This document shows positions 27,639-37,475 of a DNA stretch of 64,000 nt, in pieces (position 1 is the stretch's first letter; each line of letters opens with the position of its first letter). This DNA is from Alphaproteobacteria bacterium (GTDB lineage Bacteria > Pseudomonadota > Alphaproteobacteria > Paracaedibacterales > CAITNM01), in assembly GCA_037138055.1 (NCBI GenBank), contig JBAXJB010000005.1, positions 6,485 through 70,484 of the forward strand. Reading direction: 5' to 3'. Position numbers and translations under genes: made by a program. The notes beneath the pieces are model-generated. The model saw nothing but the letters and a program-made list of their open reading frames with translations. It had not been told where the DNA came from and did no database searches.

Positions 27639-27910
27639 TAGGCAGCTTCTGCTGTTTCTGCTTCAACTTGCATACCTAAAGCATGAGTGTACACGTCAAG
27701 AAGTTCTTGTTGTTCAATCAGCTCTTCCTTTTTCATTTTGCGCATGCGAATAACCTGACGCATAATTTTTGTATCAAAGCCTTGAGCTTTAGCTTCTGAT
27801 AGCACATCTTTAATGTGATTTTGAATTTCTGCTTTGTCTTCATCTAAACGCTCAACTTTTTCAATAAATTGGCGTAGTTCTGCAGCACTGACAGAGGAAT
27901 TAATAGACAT
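27638..27910 (-). CDS. gapR: DUF2312 / GapR-family nucleoid-associated protein
   Basis: 90 aa with AELRQFIEKVERLDEDKAEIQNHIKDVLSEAKAQGFDTKIMRQVIRMRKM, the pattern I recognise as the alphaproteobacterial UPF0335/GapR family. Confidence 0.8.
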   Translation of the reverse strand: MSINSSVSAAELRQFIEKVERLDEDKAEIQNHIKDVLSEAKAQGFDTKIMRQVIRMRKMKKEELIEQQELLDVYTHALGMQVEAETAEAA

Positions 27911-28013
27911 ATTTATGTATCCTTATTAAATTTCTAATGTTAAGTATTGAAACAATTGTGTTTTCAAAATATCTTGAATACTTACAAACTGCAATCATCA
28001 ATTGGAGAATCGT

Positions 28014-28817
28014 ATGCAAATTTGGCAGGTTAATGCTTTTACTAATGAGCCTTTTAAAGGAAATCCTGCAGGTGTAAGCATTGTTTCAGAATTTCCAAGC
28101 GATATTTTAGCTCAAAAAATTGCTGCTGAATTAAATTATTCAGAAACAACTTTTTTAAAAAAGCTTGCAGATAATCATTACCATATTCGCTGGTTTTCTC
28201 CAAAGGATGAATGTGGTCTATGTGGACACGCCACCCTTGCAGCAGCGCATTTACTATGGGAACAGGGGGTTGTTAAAAGTGATATGATCACTTTTGATTC
28301 AATGGGCGGCCCCTTAACAGCACAGCGCAACGGTAGCTGGATTACCCTTAATTTCCCAAGTTTTATAATTGAACCTGCGCCAATGCCAGAATTATTAAAC
28401 AAAGCATTAGGCTTCATGCCCGTCACCTCTGTTTACAAAGATGATATAATGTATGTGGTCGTTTTGCCTTCTGTACAAGCTGTACGCGAATTAAAACCTA
28501 ATTTTGCAAAAATTGCTCAATTACCGTGCCGTTCAGTAACTATTACTGCATTCAATGAAGGCGAGATCGATTCTAATATTGATTTTGTTTCTAGGTATTT
28601 CGCTCCTAAAGTTGGCATTCCTGAGGACCCTGTTTGTGGTTCTGCCCATTGCCGTCTAACACCTTTGTGGGCAGAGAAGCTAGGGAAATCATCAATGAAT
28701 GCTATGCAAATTTCAGAACGCACTGGATTCATCAAAGTAGCGCTTGAAAACAATAGAGTTACACTTACAGCACAAGCCATTACAGTCATGGAAGGTAAAT
28801 TGCTAGCTGCCGCTTAA
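28014..28817 (+). CDS. PhzF-family (phenazine-biosynthesis-like) isomerase
   Basis: N-terminus QVNAFTNEPFKGNPAGV...SETTF and a second-half DPVCGSAH motif, typical of PhzF/YddE. The ATG at 28014 follows GGAG, whereas the ORF track starts at the TTG at 28002. Confidence 0.8.
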   Translation: MQIWQVNAFTNEPFKGNPAGVSIVSEFPSDILAQKIAAELNYSETTFLKKLADNHYHIRWFSPKDECGLCGHATLAAAHLLWEQGVVKSDMITFDSMGGPLTAQRNGSWITLNFPSFIIEPAPMPELLNKALGFMPVTSVYKDDIMYVVVLPSVQAVRELKPNFAKIAQLPCRSVTITAFNEGEIDSNIDFVSRYFAPKVGIPEDPVCGSAHCRLTPLWAEKLGKSSMNAMQISERTGFIKVALENNRVTLTAQAITVMEGKLLAAA

Positions 28818-28836
28818 AAGTTTTTACGCATTTTGC

Positions 28837-28865
28837 TTGCAAAACTCAGCTCGAATGGTTAGATA
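28837..28865 (+). promoter_or_regulatory. Candidate sigma70-type promoter for tRNA-Glu
   Basis: TTGCAA (28837-28842), a 17-nt spacer, then TAGATA (28860-28865). This lies about 8 nt before the mature tRNA 5' end. Confidence 0.35.
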
Positions 28866-28873
28866 TAGTCATG

Positions 28874-28949
28874 GTCCCCATCGTCTAGAGGCCTAGGACA
28901 TCGCCCTCTCAAGGCGGCAACACGGGTTCGAATCCCGTTGGGGACGCCA
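28874..28949 (+). tRNA. tRNA-Glu (anticodon CUC), CCA encoded
   Basis: Hand-folded cloverleaf with acceptor GTCCCCA/TGGGGAC, anticodon stem TCGCC/GGCGG, loop CT-CTC-AA, and T-arm ACGGG-TTCGAAT-CCCGT. It is close in sequence to E. coli tRNA-Glu. Confidence 0.95.
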
Positions 28950-29132
28950 ATTTAGATTTTCTATACATACTCCGATGCATATCATTAGGAAAAAGTTGTT
29001 GCTTTTTGCTTAAAAATTGTGCATTATAAAAGATATGATTATGATGCACCAACATATTGCTCGATGGCGACACGGATAATCCCTAGATTATTCCGCACAG
29101 TTTTTTATTAGCCATTCAATGTTGGAGCTCTT

Positions 29133-30029
29133 ATGTACACTAAAATCGCCCTATTCATCACAACTGTTTTAGCAATTGGTTTTTTTACTAATTTTTCTCA
29201 ATCAAAAATTACTGACAAAGTTGTTGCAATCACTCAAATTGCCCCTCACCCATCTTTAGATCGAATTCGAAGTGGTATTGAAGACGAAATTACCGCAGCT
29301 TTTGGTAAAAAAGTAAAAATTGAATTTCAGTCAGCCCAAGGAAATCCTGCTTTAGCTACGCAAATAGCTCAAAATTTTATAGGAAAAAAAGTTGATGTGC
29401 TTGTGGCCATTACAACCCCATCAGCCCAAGCAATGTTTTCTGCAAATACTCAAAAAATTCCTATGGTATTTGCCGGCGTCACCGATCCAGTTGCTGCAAA
29501 GTTAATAGGTGAGAGTGGTAAAAACAAAGAAAATATAACAGGAATTTCAGATTCCCCAGACATTAAAAAACAGGTGGAACTTATTCAAGAATTTCTTCCA
29601 AAAGAATCCATAATAGGAATTATTTACAATCCTGGCGAAACCAATTCACATGTACATGCAGAACGCCTAGAAGATGCACTTCAAACCGCAGGATATCGCG
29701 TAATAAAAACCCCTGCTTATTCAACAGGCGATGTACTGCAAGCAGCTCAGGGCACAGTGCCCAATGTTGATGCACTAATGCTAACAAACGATAATACAGT
29801 TATTTCTGCTTTAGATGCAGTGCTACAAACAGCAAAACAAAAGGGCATCCCTGTATTTTGCTCTGACCCTGAATCTGTTAAACGTGGTTGCAAGGGCGCA
29901 ATCGCTCCTGATCAATACGAAATGGGTCGCCGTGCTGGTGAACAGGTTGTTCGAATTCTTAAAGGTGAAAAAGGTCATCATATTTCGGTGCTTAATGCAC
30001 CCTCAAACCGTTTTCTCTCTAATTCATAA
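29133..30029 (+). CDS. ABC-type substrate-binding protein, PF04392/COG2984-like, paralog 1
   Basis: N-terminal signal anchor, then conserved blocks VVAITQIAPHPSLD, QSAQGNPALATQIAQNFIG, VFAGVTDPVAAKLI, NITGISD, IIYNPGETNS and NDNTV. Confidence 0.7.
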   Translation: MYTKIALFITTVLAIGFFTNFSQSKITDKVVAITQIAPHPSLDRIRSGIEDEITAAFGKKVKIEFQSAQGNPALATQIAQNFIGKKVDVLVAITTPSAQAMFSANTQKIPMVFAGVTDPVAAKLIGESGKNKENITGISDSPDIKKQVELIQEFLPKESIIGIIYNPGETNSHVHAERLEDALQTAGYRVIKTPAYSTGDVLQAAQGTVPNVDALMLTNDNTVISALDAVLQTAKQKGIPVFCSDPESVKRGCKGAIAPDQYEMGRRAGEQVVRILKGEKGHHISVLNAPSNRFLSNS

Positions 30030-30055
30030 ATCTTTTTAATTTTAGGATACGTATC

Positions 30056-31015
30056 ATGAACAAAAATATATTCATACTTGCTACAGCACTTACAATAGCT
30101 GGACTTTGGTGGAAAAATTCATCTAATAAACCAGTATTACCAATTGTTGGAGTTATTCAAGTAGTTGAACACCCAGCACTAGATCAGACACGCAAAGGAA
30201 TTCTGGATGAACTTCAATCGCAGGGCTTTAAGGACGAGAAAAAAATTGATTGGCGTTATGAATCTGCTCAAGGGAATTCCGCATTAGCCACTCAAATTGC
30301 ACAAAAATTTATTGGAGAAAATGCAGCTGTCATTGTGACAATTCCAACAACTGTTTCTCAATCAGCCTTACAAGCAATTCAACAATCAGGAAGCAACACT
30401 CCCTTAGTATTTGCTTCTGTAACAAATCCGGTTACTGCAAAACTTATTAAATCAGATAAAAAGGCAGAAAAATTTGTAACGGGTGTTTCAAATTATGTAT
30501 CTGTTCAAAAGCAGTTTGATTATTTTAAAAAAATTCTACCTAATATGAAACGTATAGGTGTTGTCTATAATCCTGGCGAAGTCAATTCAATCACTCTTAA
30601 TGAAGAAATGACAAAAACTGGCAAAGCCATGGGATTAGAAATCGTTTTTGCAGCAGCTAGCAGGACAGTTGATGTAGGCGCGGCAACACAGTCATTGCTT
30701 GATAAGGTTGATGCCATCTTTATTAATAATGACAACACAGCACTAGCTAGCTTTGATAGTGTTGTAGCGGTAGCAAAATTACAAAGTATTCCAGTATTTG
30801 TAAGTGACTTGGATTGCTTATCAAAAGGAGCATTGGCGGCGTTGGGCGCTGATCAATACGCATTGGGTCGCCAAGTTGGTAAAATGGTTGCCAATATTTT
30901 AAGAAATCCTGAAGTTGCATCATCAACAGTTATGGAATATCCAGATGTTGTACGCGGTGAAGGCAATGAAAAAGTTGCAGCAGAACTTAAAATTGTTTTA
31001 CCAAGTAATGTATAA
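30056..31015 (+). CDS. ABC-type substrate-binding protein, PF04392/COG2984-like, paralog 2
   Basis: Colinear with paralog 1 (IVGVIQVVEHPALD, ESAQGNSALATQIAQKFIG, VFASVTNPVTAKLI, VTGVSN, VVYNPGEVNS, NDNTA). It starts 26 nt after paralog 1. Confidence 0.7.
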   Translation: MNKNIFILATALTIAGLWWKNSSNKPVLPIVGVIQVVEHPALDQTRKGILDELQSQGFKDEKKIDWRYESAQGNSALATQIAQKFIGENAAVIVTIPTTVSQSALQAIQQSGSNTPLVFASVTNPVTAKLIKSDKKAEKFVTGVSNYVSVQKQFDYFKKILPNMKRIGVVYNPGEVNSITLNEEMTKTGKAMGLEIVFAAASRTVDVGAATQSLLDKVDAIFINNDNTALASFDSVVAVAKLQSIPVFVSDLDCLSKGALAALGADQYALGRQVGKMVANILRNPEVASSTVMEYPDVVRGEGNEKVAAELKIVLPSNV

Positions 31016-31078
31016 AAATCTTGCTTGTTAGAATATTTAACGGCATTGTACCAATAAATTGATTGCTAATTAAGCATT

Positions 31079-32356
31079 GTGATTAAAAATACATACATCG
31101 TTTTAGGCTATGGACGCAGCGGGGGAGAAAGTGAAAAACACCTTCTCTCACTCGGTTATAAAGTCATTGTATATGATGATGGTCAAAACATAATTCCTGA
31201 AATTAATTGGTCAGAAATTGTAAGCGTTGTTCAAAGTCCTGGCATTCCAATGTCACACACTGTTCATATAGCAGCCAAAGCAAATAATATTCCTGTCTGT
31301 ACAGATATCGACTTACTGCAAAAACGTAGTCCCAAAGCAAAATATATTGGCATTACTGGCACAAATGGTAAATCAACAACAACTGCTCTTATTGGCCACA
31401 TTTTAAAGCAAGCTGGGTTAAATGTTGAAGTTGGTGGGAATATAGGCATCCCTGCTCTTTCGCTTAAAAATTTAAATGAGACCGGTTGGTATGCGCTAGA
31501 ACTTTCATCGTATCAATTAGAACTATCAAATGATTTGCATTTAGACATAGCTGTATGGCTAAATATTTCTCCAGACCATCTTGATAGGCATGGCCTTATA
31601 GAAAATTACGTAAATGCAAAAAGACGTATATTCAGTCATGCAAAATCAGCGTGTATTGCTATCGATGATGATTATTCAAAACAAACGTGCAATCAACTTC
31701 GCATTCCCCACACGACCATTGCAAGTGAATTTAAAAATTGCCCAGCAGATATTTGGATTGATGCCAGCGGTATGCTGCATTGTAATGGAGCGCTATTTGA
31801 CTGCACTGAACTGGAAACTTTAAAGGGCACACACAACTGGCAAAATGTTGCTTTAGCATTTGCTGTGGCGCTTCAAATATTAAATACCCCTCAGAAAATA
31901 TGGGAATATATTCAAACATTTCCGGGTCTTGCTCACCGTCAGCAATTGGTAGCAAAAATTGACCAGGTTGAATTCGTTAACGATAGCAAAGCCACAAATG
32001 CAGATGCTTGCGAAAAAGCTTTAAAAACTTATATGGGACAAAGTATTTTTTGGATTCTTGGTGGCGTTGCAAAAACAGACGGCATTGAATTGCTTAAGCC
32101 CTATTTTCCATACATTAAAAAAGCGTATTTAATTGGTGAATCTCAAAATGATTTTGCCAAAACATTAAATGGTTCAGTTCTTTTTGAAAAATGCTCGTCT
32201 CTTGAATCTGCAGTTTTTAAAGCAAGTGAAGAAGCAAAGTTTGAAAATAATGCAGTTGTGCTATTATCACCTGCATGCGCTAGTTTTGATCAATTTCGTG
32301 ATTATGAACACCGCGGCGAAGAATTTATTAGAATTGTTAAGAAAGTAAACGCATGA
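31079..32356 (+). CDS. murD: UDP-N-acetylmuramoyl-L-alanine--D-glutamate ligase
   Basis: 425 aa with a GTG start and the Mur ligase P-loop GITGTNGKSTTT. Its position immediately before ftsW matches dcw-cluster order. Confidence 0.9.
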   Translation: MIKNTYIVLGYGRSGGESEKHLLSLGYKVIVYDDGQNIIPEINWSEIVSVVQSPGIPMSHTVHIAAKANNIPVCTDIDLLQKRSPKAKYIGITGTNGKSTTTALIGHILKQAGLNVEVGGNIGIPALSLKNLNETGWYALELSSYQLELSNDLHLDIAVWLNISPDHLDRHGLIENYVNAKRRIFSHAKSACIAIDDDYSKQTCNQLRIPHTTIASEFKNCPADIWIDASGMLHCNGALFDCTELETLKGTHNWQNVALAFAVALQILNTPQKIWEYIQTFPGLAHRQQLVAKIDQVEFVNDSKATNADACEKALKTYMGQSIFWILGGVAKTDGIELLKPYFPYIKKAYLIGESQNDFAKTLNGSVLFEKCSSLESAVFKASEEAKFENNAVVLLSPACASFDQFRDYEHRGEEFIRIVKKVNA

Positions 32357-33498
32357 CACCAGCCACATTTTCGCGACGAGACAACAGCGTTTTAGGTCGC
32401 TGGTGGTGGACAGTTGATCGTTTAGCACTTTCGTTACTATTAATCTTGATTGCTATGGGCGTATTTTTAAGTTTTGCTGCCAGTCCTTCTGTGGCGGAAC
32501 GTTTAAATTTAGGTACCTTTTATTTTGTAAAACGCCACATGATTATGCTTATTCCAGCTTTAGCAACAATGATTGGCGTGTCTTTACTCTCGCCTGTAGG
32601 CGTTAGAAGACTAAGCTTAATTATTTACTTATTAGGCATCATCCTGCTTATCTTAACCTTCTTCTCAGGACTTGAAATTAAGGGCGCACGTCGCTGGATT
32701 TTAATTTTAGGAAATTCGATACAAGCTTCAGAGTTTGTAAAGCCCGCGCTTACCGTCATAACTGCATGGCTTATTGCTGAAAAAATGCATGATGAAAAGT
32801 TTCCTGGCATTACACTTTCTATGGTTGCAGTTGGCATTATTGTTGGGTTGCTTTTACTTCAACCAGACCTTGGCATGACTGTTGTGATTATTGCAACGTG
32901 GGTAGGACAACTGTTCATTGCCGGCATGCCTATTATTTGGATGACTGGTATTGCAGGAATTGGTGTGGCAGGACTCGTAGGCGCATATTTCTTTTTACCA
33001 CACGTCACAAAACGTATTGATCAATTTTTAGACCCATCAGCTGGAAACCCCGTACATGATCTTTATCAAATCACAAAATCATTAGCTGCTTTTGCTAATG
33101 GTGGATTTTTTGGAAAAGGTCCAGGCGAAGGCGTTGTCAAAAAACATGTGCCAGATGCTCACGCAGATTTCGTGTTTGCAGTTGCCGGGGAAGAATTTGG
33201 TTTGTGGATGTGCATTTTGATTGTTGGAATTTTCATGGCAATTGTTATTCGCTTCATGATGCGCGCAGCACAAGGTTCTAGTTTATTTATATTACTTGGA
33301 GCAACTGGCCTTGCTGTACAGTTTGGCTTGCAGGCCTTTATTAATATGGCATCTGCGCTACACCTAATTCCAACAAAAGGAATGACAATGCCGTTTATTA
33401 GTTATGGCGGTTCATCAATGGTAGCGTTAGCTATTTGTGCAGGAATGTTATTAGCATTTACACGTAAACGACATGGTTTTCATGATTGGGGAGAATAA
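32353..33498 (+). CDS. ftsW: SEDS-family peptidoglycan glycosyltransferase / cell-division protein FtsW
   Basis: 381 aa polytopic protein with SEDS blocks (QPSEFVK-like SIQASEFVKP; HADFVFAVAGEEFG; PTKGMTMPFISYGGSS). It overlaps the murD stop as ATGA. Confidence 0.9.
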   Translation: MTPATFSRRDNSVLGRWWWTVDRLALSLLLILIAMGVFLSFAASPSVAERLNLGTFYFVKRHMIMLIPALATMIGVSLLSPVGVRRLSLIIYLLGIILLILTFFSGLEIKGARRWILILGNSIQASEFVKPALTVITAWLIAEKMHDEKFPGITLSMVAVGIIVGLLLLQPDLGMTVVIIATWVGQLFIAGMPIIWMTGIAGIGVAGLVGAYFFLPHVTKRIDQFLDPSAGNPVHDLYQITKSLAAFANGGFFGKGPGEGVVKKHVPDAHADFVFAVAGEEFGLWMCILIVGIFMAIVIRFMMRAAQGSSLFILLGATGLAVQFGLQAFINMASALHLIPTKGMTMPFISYGGSSMVALAICAGMLLAFTRKRHGFHDWGE

Positions 33499-33500
33499 AA

Positions 33501-34538
33501 ATGGATAAATCAAAATTAAAGATTGCTGTTGTAGGCGCTACAGGCAATGTAGGCAGAATGATGCTTAACATTTTGGCAGCACGAGGATTCAACGCATCAC
33601 AAGTGAAAGCTATTGCTTCTTCAAGCTCTCTTGGAAAAAAAATATCATTTGGAGAAGATGATGTTTTAACAGTTGATTCACTCAGTAATTTTGATTTTTC
33701 AACTGTTGATGTTGCGTTATTTTCACCAGGCGGAAAAGTTTCAGCAGAATACGCACCAAAAGCAGCTGCCCTAGGATGCGTAGTCATTGATAACACATCT
33801 TATTTTAGAGACGATCCAAAAATTCCACTAATAATTCCAGAAGTAAATCCGGAAGATATTCGCGACTACAAAAATAAAAATATTATAGCAAATCCTAACT
33901 GTGCGATAGCGCCAATAGCCTTGGCTTTAAAGCCACTCCATGATGAAATTGCTATAAAAAGAGTTGTTGTATCAACGTATCAATCTGTATCGGGTGCAGG
34001 CAAAGCTGCCATGAAAGAACTTGATCAACAAACAAGGTCATTATTCACAGGCACTCCAGCCCCTGCCGAAAATCTACCCAGACCAATTGCGTATAACCTA
34101 ATACCGCACATAGGTATCTTCTTGGAGTCTGGATATACCGACGAAGAATCAAAAATGCGTGCTGAACTTAAAAAAATCTTAGACTCTACTATTGAGCTTT
34201 CGGCAACTTGTGTACGCGTCCCTGTGTTTGTTGGGCATTGTTCTTCTGTCCATGTTGAATTTGAAGCGCCATTTTTTGTTAGTGAAGCGTTGAAAATTTT
34301 AAAAAATGCTCCAGGCATTCAAGTTATGGATGCTGATGACCCTATGGATTACGCAACCCCGTTAGATGCAGCAGGTCAAGATGATGTCTTTCTAAGCCGT
34401 TTACGTCAAGACACGTCACACCCAAATGGATTGGTGTTCTGGACAGCATCTGACAATTTGCGCAAAGGCGCAGCTTTAAACGCCGTGCAAATTTTAGAGC
34501 TTTTATTTGAGCACCAAAGCAAGCAAAAAGCAGCATAA
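33501..34538 (+). CDS. asd: Aspartate-semialdehyde dehydrogenase
   Basis: KIAVVGATGNVG Rossmann motif and the active-site block IIANPNCA. The ATG at 33501 is preceded by GGGGAG, while the ORF track starts at 33486 inside ftsW. Confidence 0.93.
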   Translation: MDKSKLKIAVVGATGNVGRMMLNILAARGFNASQVKAIASSSSLGKKISFGEDDVLTVDSLSNFDFSTVDVALFSPGGKVSAEYAPKAAALGCVVIDNTSYFRDDPKIPLIIPEVNPEDIRDYKNKNIIANPNCAIAPIALALKPLHDEIAIKRVVVSTYQSVSGAGKAAMKELDQQTRSLFTGTPAPAENLPRPIAYNLIPHIGIFLESGYTDEESKMRAELKKILDSTIELSATCVRVPVFVGHCSSVHVEFEAPFFVSEALKILKNAPGIQVMDADDPMDYATPLDAAGQDDVFLSRLRQDTSHPNGLVFWTASDNLRKGAALNAVQILELLFEHQSKQKAA

Positions 34539-34554
34539 GATAAGCTCTCGCTAC

Positions 34555-34573
34555 GCAGCACCTATTGGTGCTG
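34555..34573. terminator. Candidate bidirectional terminator hairpin between convergent asd and the EEP gene
   Basis: GCAGCACC-TATT-GGTGCTG(T) stem-loop. The flanks are only modestly T/A-rich on either side. Confidence 0.45.
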
Positions 34574-34578
34574 TTCGC

Positions 34579-35562
34579 TTATTTTGCATAAATTCGAAGC
34601 CTGGAAGTTACTGGAAAATGATCAGAACCTAAGTCTGGGTTAATAGTTCTTTCTAGCACTTCAATGGATGCTGAAACCAACACATGATCTAATGGTATTC
34701 TACATAAAAATGGAAGAAAATTTGGCCAAGTGCCACTGACTCCATGCCCTCTCATAAAGCTTCTCAATCCAGAAATTTTTTCAAGTTTTTTGAAATAAGG
34801 TGAATAAGGGGTAGTATTTAAATCACCAACTAAAAATTTACCCGCACAACTTAAACGAGAAATAATATTTGCAATTTCTTCTAATTGGAAACGTCGTGGG
34901 TTCAATTTTTCAATATGTCCAGGAGAACGAGCGTGAAGCTCAACCAAAACAAATGGTATTTTCATATTAGGAGTAGACATATTAGCAATTGTATATTGAC
35001 CAGAAAATCGACTGAAATATTTCCGTTCATAATGATCAATAGGGATTTTGCTATACAAGACCATGCCATATGCTCCTGCTTCCGCTTCTGAAATTTTATA
35101 CGGATAGTGTACGGAAAGAGCATTTAATTTTTCAGCAATTTCCGGAGTAGCTTCTTCAATTAAAACAATGTCTGGAATTTCTGTTATTGTACCTTCTTTT
35201 TTACTATGAAAATCATTAATACAATCAACAACCTTATTAACATCTTCATGACGATAGTTAATATTGAATTGTAATAAGGTAATATCTTCAAATTTTTCAT
35301 TTTTTTTAGCATCAGGCGATACATAAAAGGGTATAAGAATTGATGAGAAAGAAATAAATAATAGCAACGTAACTACAACAGCTTTCCATTTTTTAAAAAA
35401 GCAATAGACAATCAAAAATAGTAAAGAAATTAGAAAATATTGCAGGCAAAAGTGACTTAAAATTTCTGAAAAAACATTTTCAATGGGAAATATTGCAGAA
35501 ACGCTTACAAAAACAAAGCAAATAAATGTAAAATTTAATAGTTTCAAAAAAATATTTTTCAT
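34579..35562 (-). CDS. Membrane-anchored endonuclease/exonuclease/phosphatase (EEP) family protein
   Basis: N-terminal hydrophobic helices followed by EEP catalytic blocks (LQFNI, LIEEA, VGDLNTTPYSPYF, PLDHVLVS, GSDHFPV). The ATG at 35562 (MKNIF...) is preferred, with 35625 as an alternative. The gene looks AT-rich by eye. Confidence 0.7.
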   Translation of the reverse strand: MKNIFLKLLNFTFICFVFVSVSAIFPIENVFSEILSHFCLQYFLISLLFLIVYCFFKKWKAVVVTLLLFISFSSILIPFYVSPDAKKNEKFEDITLLQFNINYRHEDVNKVVDCINDFHSKKEGTITEIPDIVLIEEATPEIAEKLNALSVHYPYKISEAEAGAYGMVLYSKIPIDHYERKYFSRFSGQYTIANMSTPNMKIPFVLVELHARSPGHIEKLNPRRFQLEEIANIISRLSCAGKFLVGDLNTTPYSPYFKKLEKISGLRSFMRGHGVSGTWPNFLPFLCRIPLDHVLVSASIEVLERTINPDLGSDHFPVTSRLRIYAK

Positions 35563-35715
35563 GTAAAATCTGGCCTTCGAAAGGTAATAACAAGATGCTT
35601 TACGCACTAGGTTGCACCATAGCAAAAATATTAAGAAGCTGCTTTAACACAAAAGCATTTTCACAAAGGTTTTCCATGATATACTCTAGGTACGTCGCTG
35701 TAATTAAATTTTAAG

Positions 35716-36312
35716 TTGAACGATTCTTTAGAAGCACTAATTTCGTCTCTGGGACCTGACTTACAAAAGGTTGATAAGACGACTCACCCTACAAGCATAG
35801 TGGTTTTCCCCGCTAGCATTGTTCGCGTGTTAATGTTGCTGCGTGGCCATCCACAAATGAAATTTTTGCAATTAATTGACATAACAGGAATTGATTATTC
35901 TGATCAGCCAATTCGTTATCAGCTTGTTTATCATTTACTAAGTCATTCTACAAATAAACGGCTGATGGTAAAACTGTGGACAGATGGTTCAACCTCCATA
36001 CCATCCGCAATTAATGTATTTCCTAATGCTAATTGGTATGAACGCGAAGTTTGGGATATGTTTGGCATTCCTTTTGATAATCACCCAGATTTAAGGCGCA
36101 TCCTTTGTGACTATAATTTTACAGGGCATCCTTTGCGTAAAGATTTTCCTCTTTCTGGTTACAATGAAGTAGCATTCAACCAAGAGTCTGGAAAAGTAGA
36201 ATACAAAAATTTAGATTTAGAGCAACCCTTTCGTAAGTTTGATTTTTTAAGCCCTTGGGAAGGTCAGTGGGAAGATCTTTTGAAAAAGGAAAAAGAGGCC
36301 CACCAAGGATGA
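35716..36312 (+). CDS. nuoC: NADH-quinone oxidoreductase subunit C
   Basis: 198 aa with the conserved [24 protein letters not shown] block. The start appears to be TTG, and no nuoA or nuoB lies upstream. Confidence 0.9.
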   Translation: MNDSLEALISSLGPDLQKVDKTTHPTSIVVFPASIVRVLMLLRGHPQMKFLQLIDITGIDYSDQPIRYQLVYHLLSHSTNKRLMVKLWTDGSTSIPSAINVFPNANWYEREVWDMFGIPFDNHPDLRRILCDYNFTGHPLRKDFPLSGYNEVAFNQESGKVEYKNLDLEQPFRKFDFLSPWEGQWEDLLKKEKEAHQG

Positions 36313-37475
36313 ATGATAAGTACACCCTCAACTTTGGCCCACAACATCCAGCAGCCCATGGGGTGCTTCGTTTGGTGCTTGATCTAGATGGTGAAATTGT
36401 CGAACGGGCTGATCCACACATTGGCTTTTTACACCGCGGCACTGAAAAATTAATTGAACATAAAACATACCTGCAAGCAATTCCGTATTTTGATCGCCTA
36501 GATTACGTTTCACCAATGAATCAAGAACATGCATTCGTTATGGCAGTTGAAAAATTGCTAGGAATAAGTTCACCAATTCGCTCTCAATATATTCGGGTAC
36601 TATTTAGTGAATTAACGCGCATTGCAAATCACCTGCTTAATATTGCCACATTTGTGTTAGATGTTGGCGGAATGACTCCGTTTTTATGGGCATTTGAAGA
36701 ACGTGAAGTCATTATGGGGTTTTACGAAAAAGCTAGCGGTGCTAGGTTGCACGCTAACTATTTTAGACCAGGTGGTGTTCATCAAGACTTAACGCAAAGT
36801 TTGTTAGATGAAATTCACCAATTCGCCACGCGCTTTCCAACTGTTATTGATGACATTGAAAATCTTGTAACAAACAATCGCATATTCAAACAAAGAACCG
36901 TAGATATTGGCATAATCAGTGCTAAAGATGCTGTAGCTTGGGGATTATCGGGACCAATGCTTAGAGCTTCAGGTGTACCATGGGATTTGCGAAAATCTCA
37001 ACCTTATGAAATATACGAAGAATTAAATTTTGATATCCCAATTGGTAAGCATGGTGATTGCTATGACCGTTACTTGGTACGCGTTGCTGAAATGCGTGAA
37101 TCAGTTAAGTTGATTTTTCAGTGTTTAGAAAAAATGCCACAAGGCCCAGTGCACCATGCGAATAGAAAATTCACACCACCTATGCGTACTGAGATGAAAA
37201 CATCTATGGAAGCTTTGATTCATCATTTCAAGTTATTCACCGAAGGGTTTCATGTTCCAGCGGGTGAAGTGTACGTAGCTGTTGAAGCACCCAAAGGAGA
37301 ATTTGGAGTACACTTAATAGCTGACGGATCAAATAAACCTTATCGATGTAAGATCCGCGCCCCAGGGTTTGCATTTTTACAAGCACTTGATTACATGAGC
37401 CGTGGGCATTTACTATCAGATATTGTGGCGATTTTAGGCTCAATGGATATTGTTTTTGGAGAAATTGATCGTTAA
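36309..37475 (+). CDS. nuoD: NADH-quinone oxidoreductase subunit D
   Basis: The canonical N-terminus [22 protein letters not shown] starts at ATG 36309, overlapping the nuoC stop as ATGA. The ORF-track start at 36255 is a spurious extension. Confidence 0.96.
   Translation: MNDKYTLNFGPQHPAAHGVLRLVLDLDGEIVERADPHIGFLHRGTEKLIEHKTYLQAIPYFDRLDYVSPMNQEHAFVMAVEKLLGISSPIRSQYIRVLFSELTRIANHLLNIATFVLDVGGMTPFLWAFEEREVIMGFYEKASGARLHANYFRPGGVHQDLTQSLLDEIHQFATRFPTVIDDIENLVTNNRIFKQRTVDIGIISAKDAVAWGLSGPMLRASGVPWDLRKSQPYEIYEELNFDIPIGKHGDCYDRYLVRVAEMRESVKLIFQCLEKMPQGPVHHANRKFTPPMRTEMKTSMEALIHHFKLFTEGFHVPAGEVYVAVEAPKGEFGVHLIADGSNKPYRCKIRAPGFAFLQALDYMSRGHLLSDIVAILGSMDIVFGEIDR

Noticed and set aside
28874-31078. 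tRNA-Glu, and likewise tRNA-Ala at 56829, as attachment sites of integrated genomic islands carrying the downstream accessory-looking genes.
   Set aside because: There is no integrase or recombinase gene, and I could not find a direct repeat of either tRNA 3' end downstream. Without these there is no evidence of a mobile element.
36255-36308. The upstream extension of nuoD on the ORF track, and similar extensions for nuoF (37996), asd (33486), the hydrolase at 18089, phzF (28002) and atpG (7410).
   Set aside because: In each case a canonical family N-terminus begins at an internal ATG that forms an ATGA/TAATG overlap with the preceding stop or follows a good Shine-Dalgarno sequence. The extensions lie inside the upstream gene.
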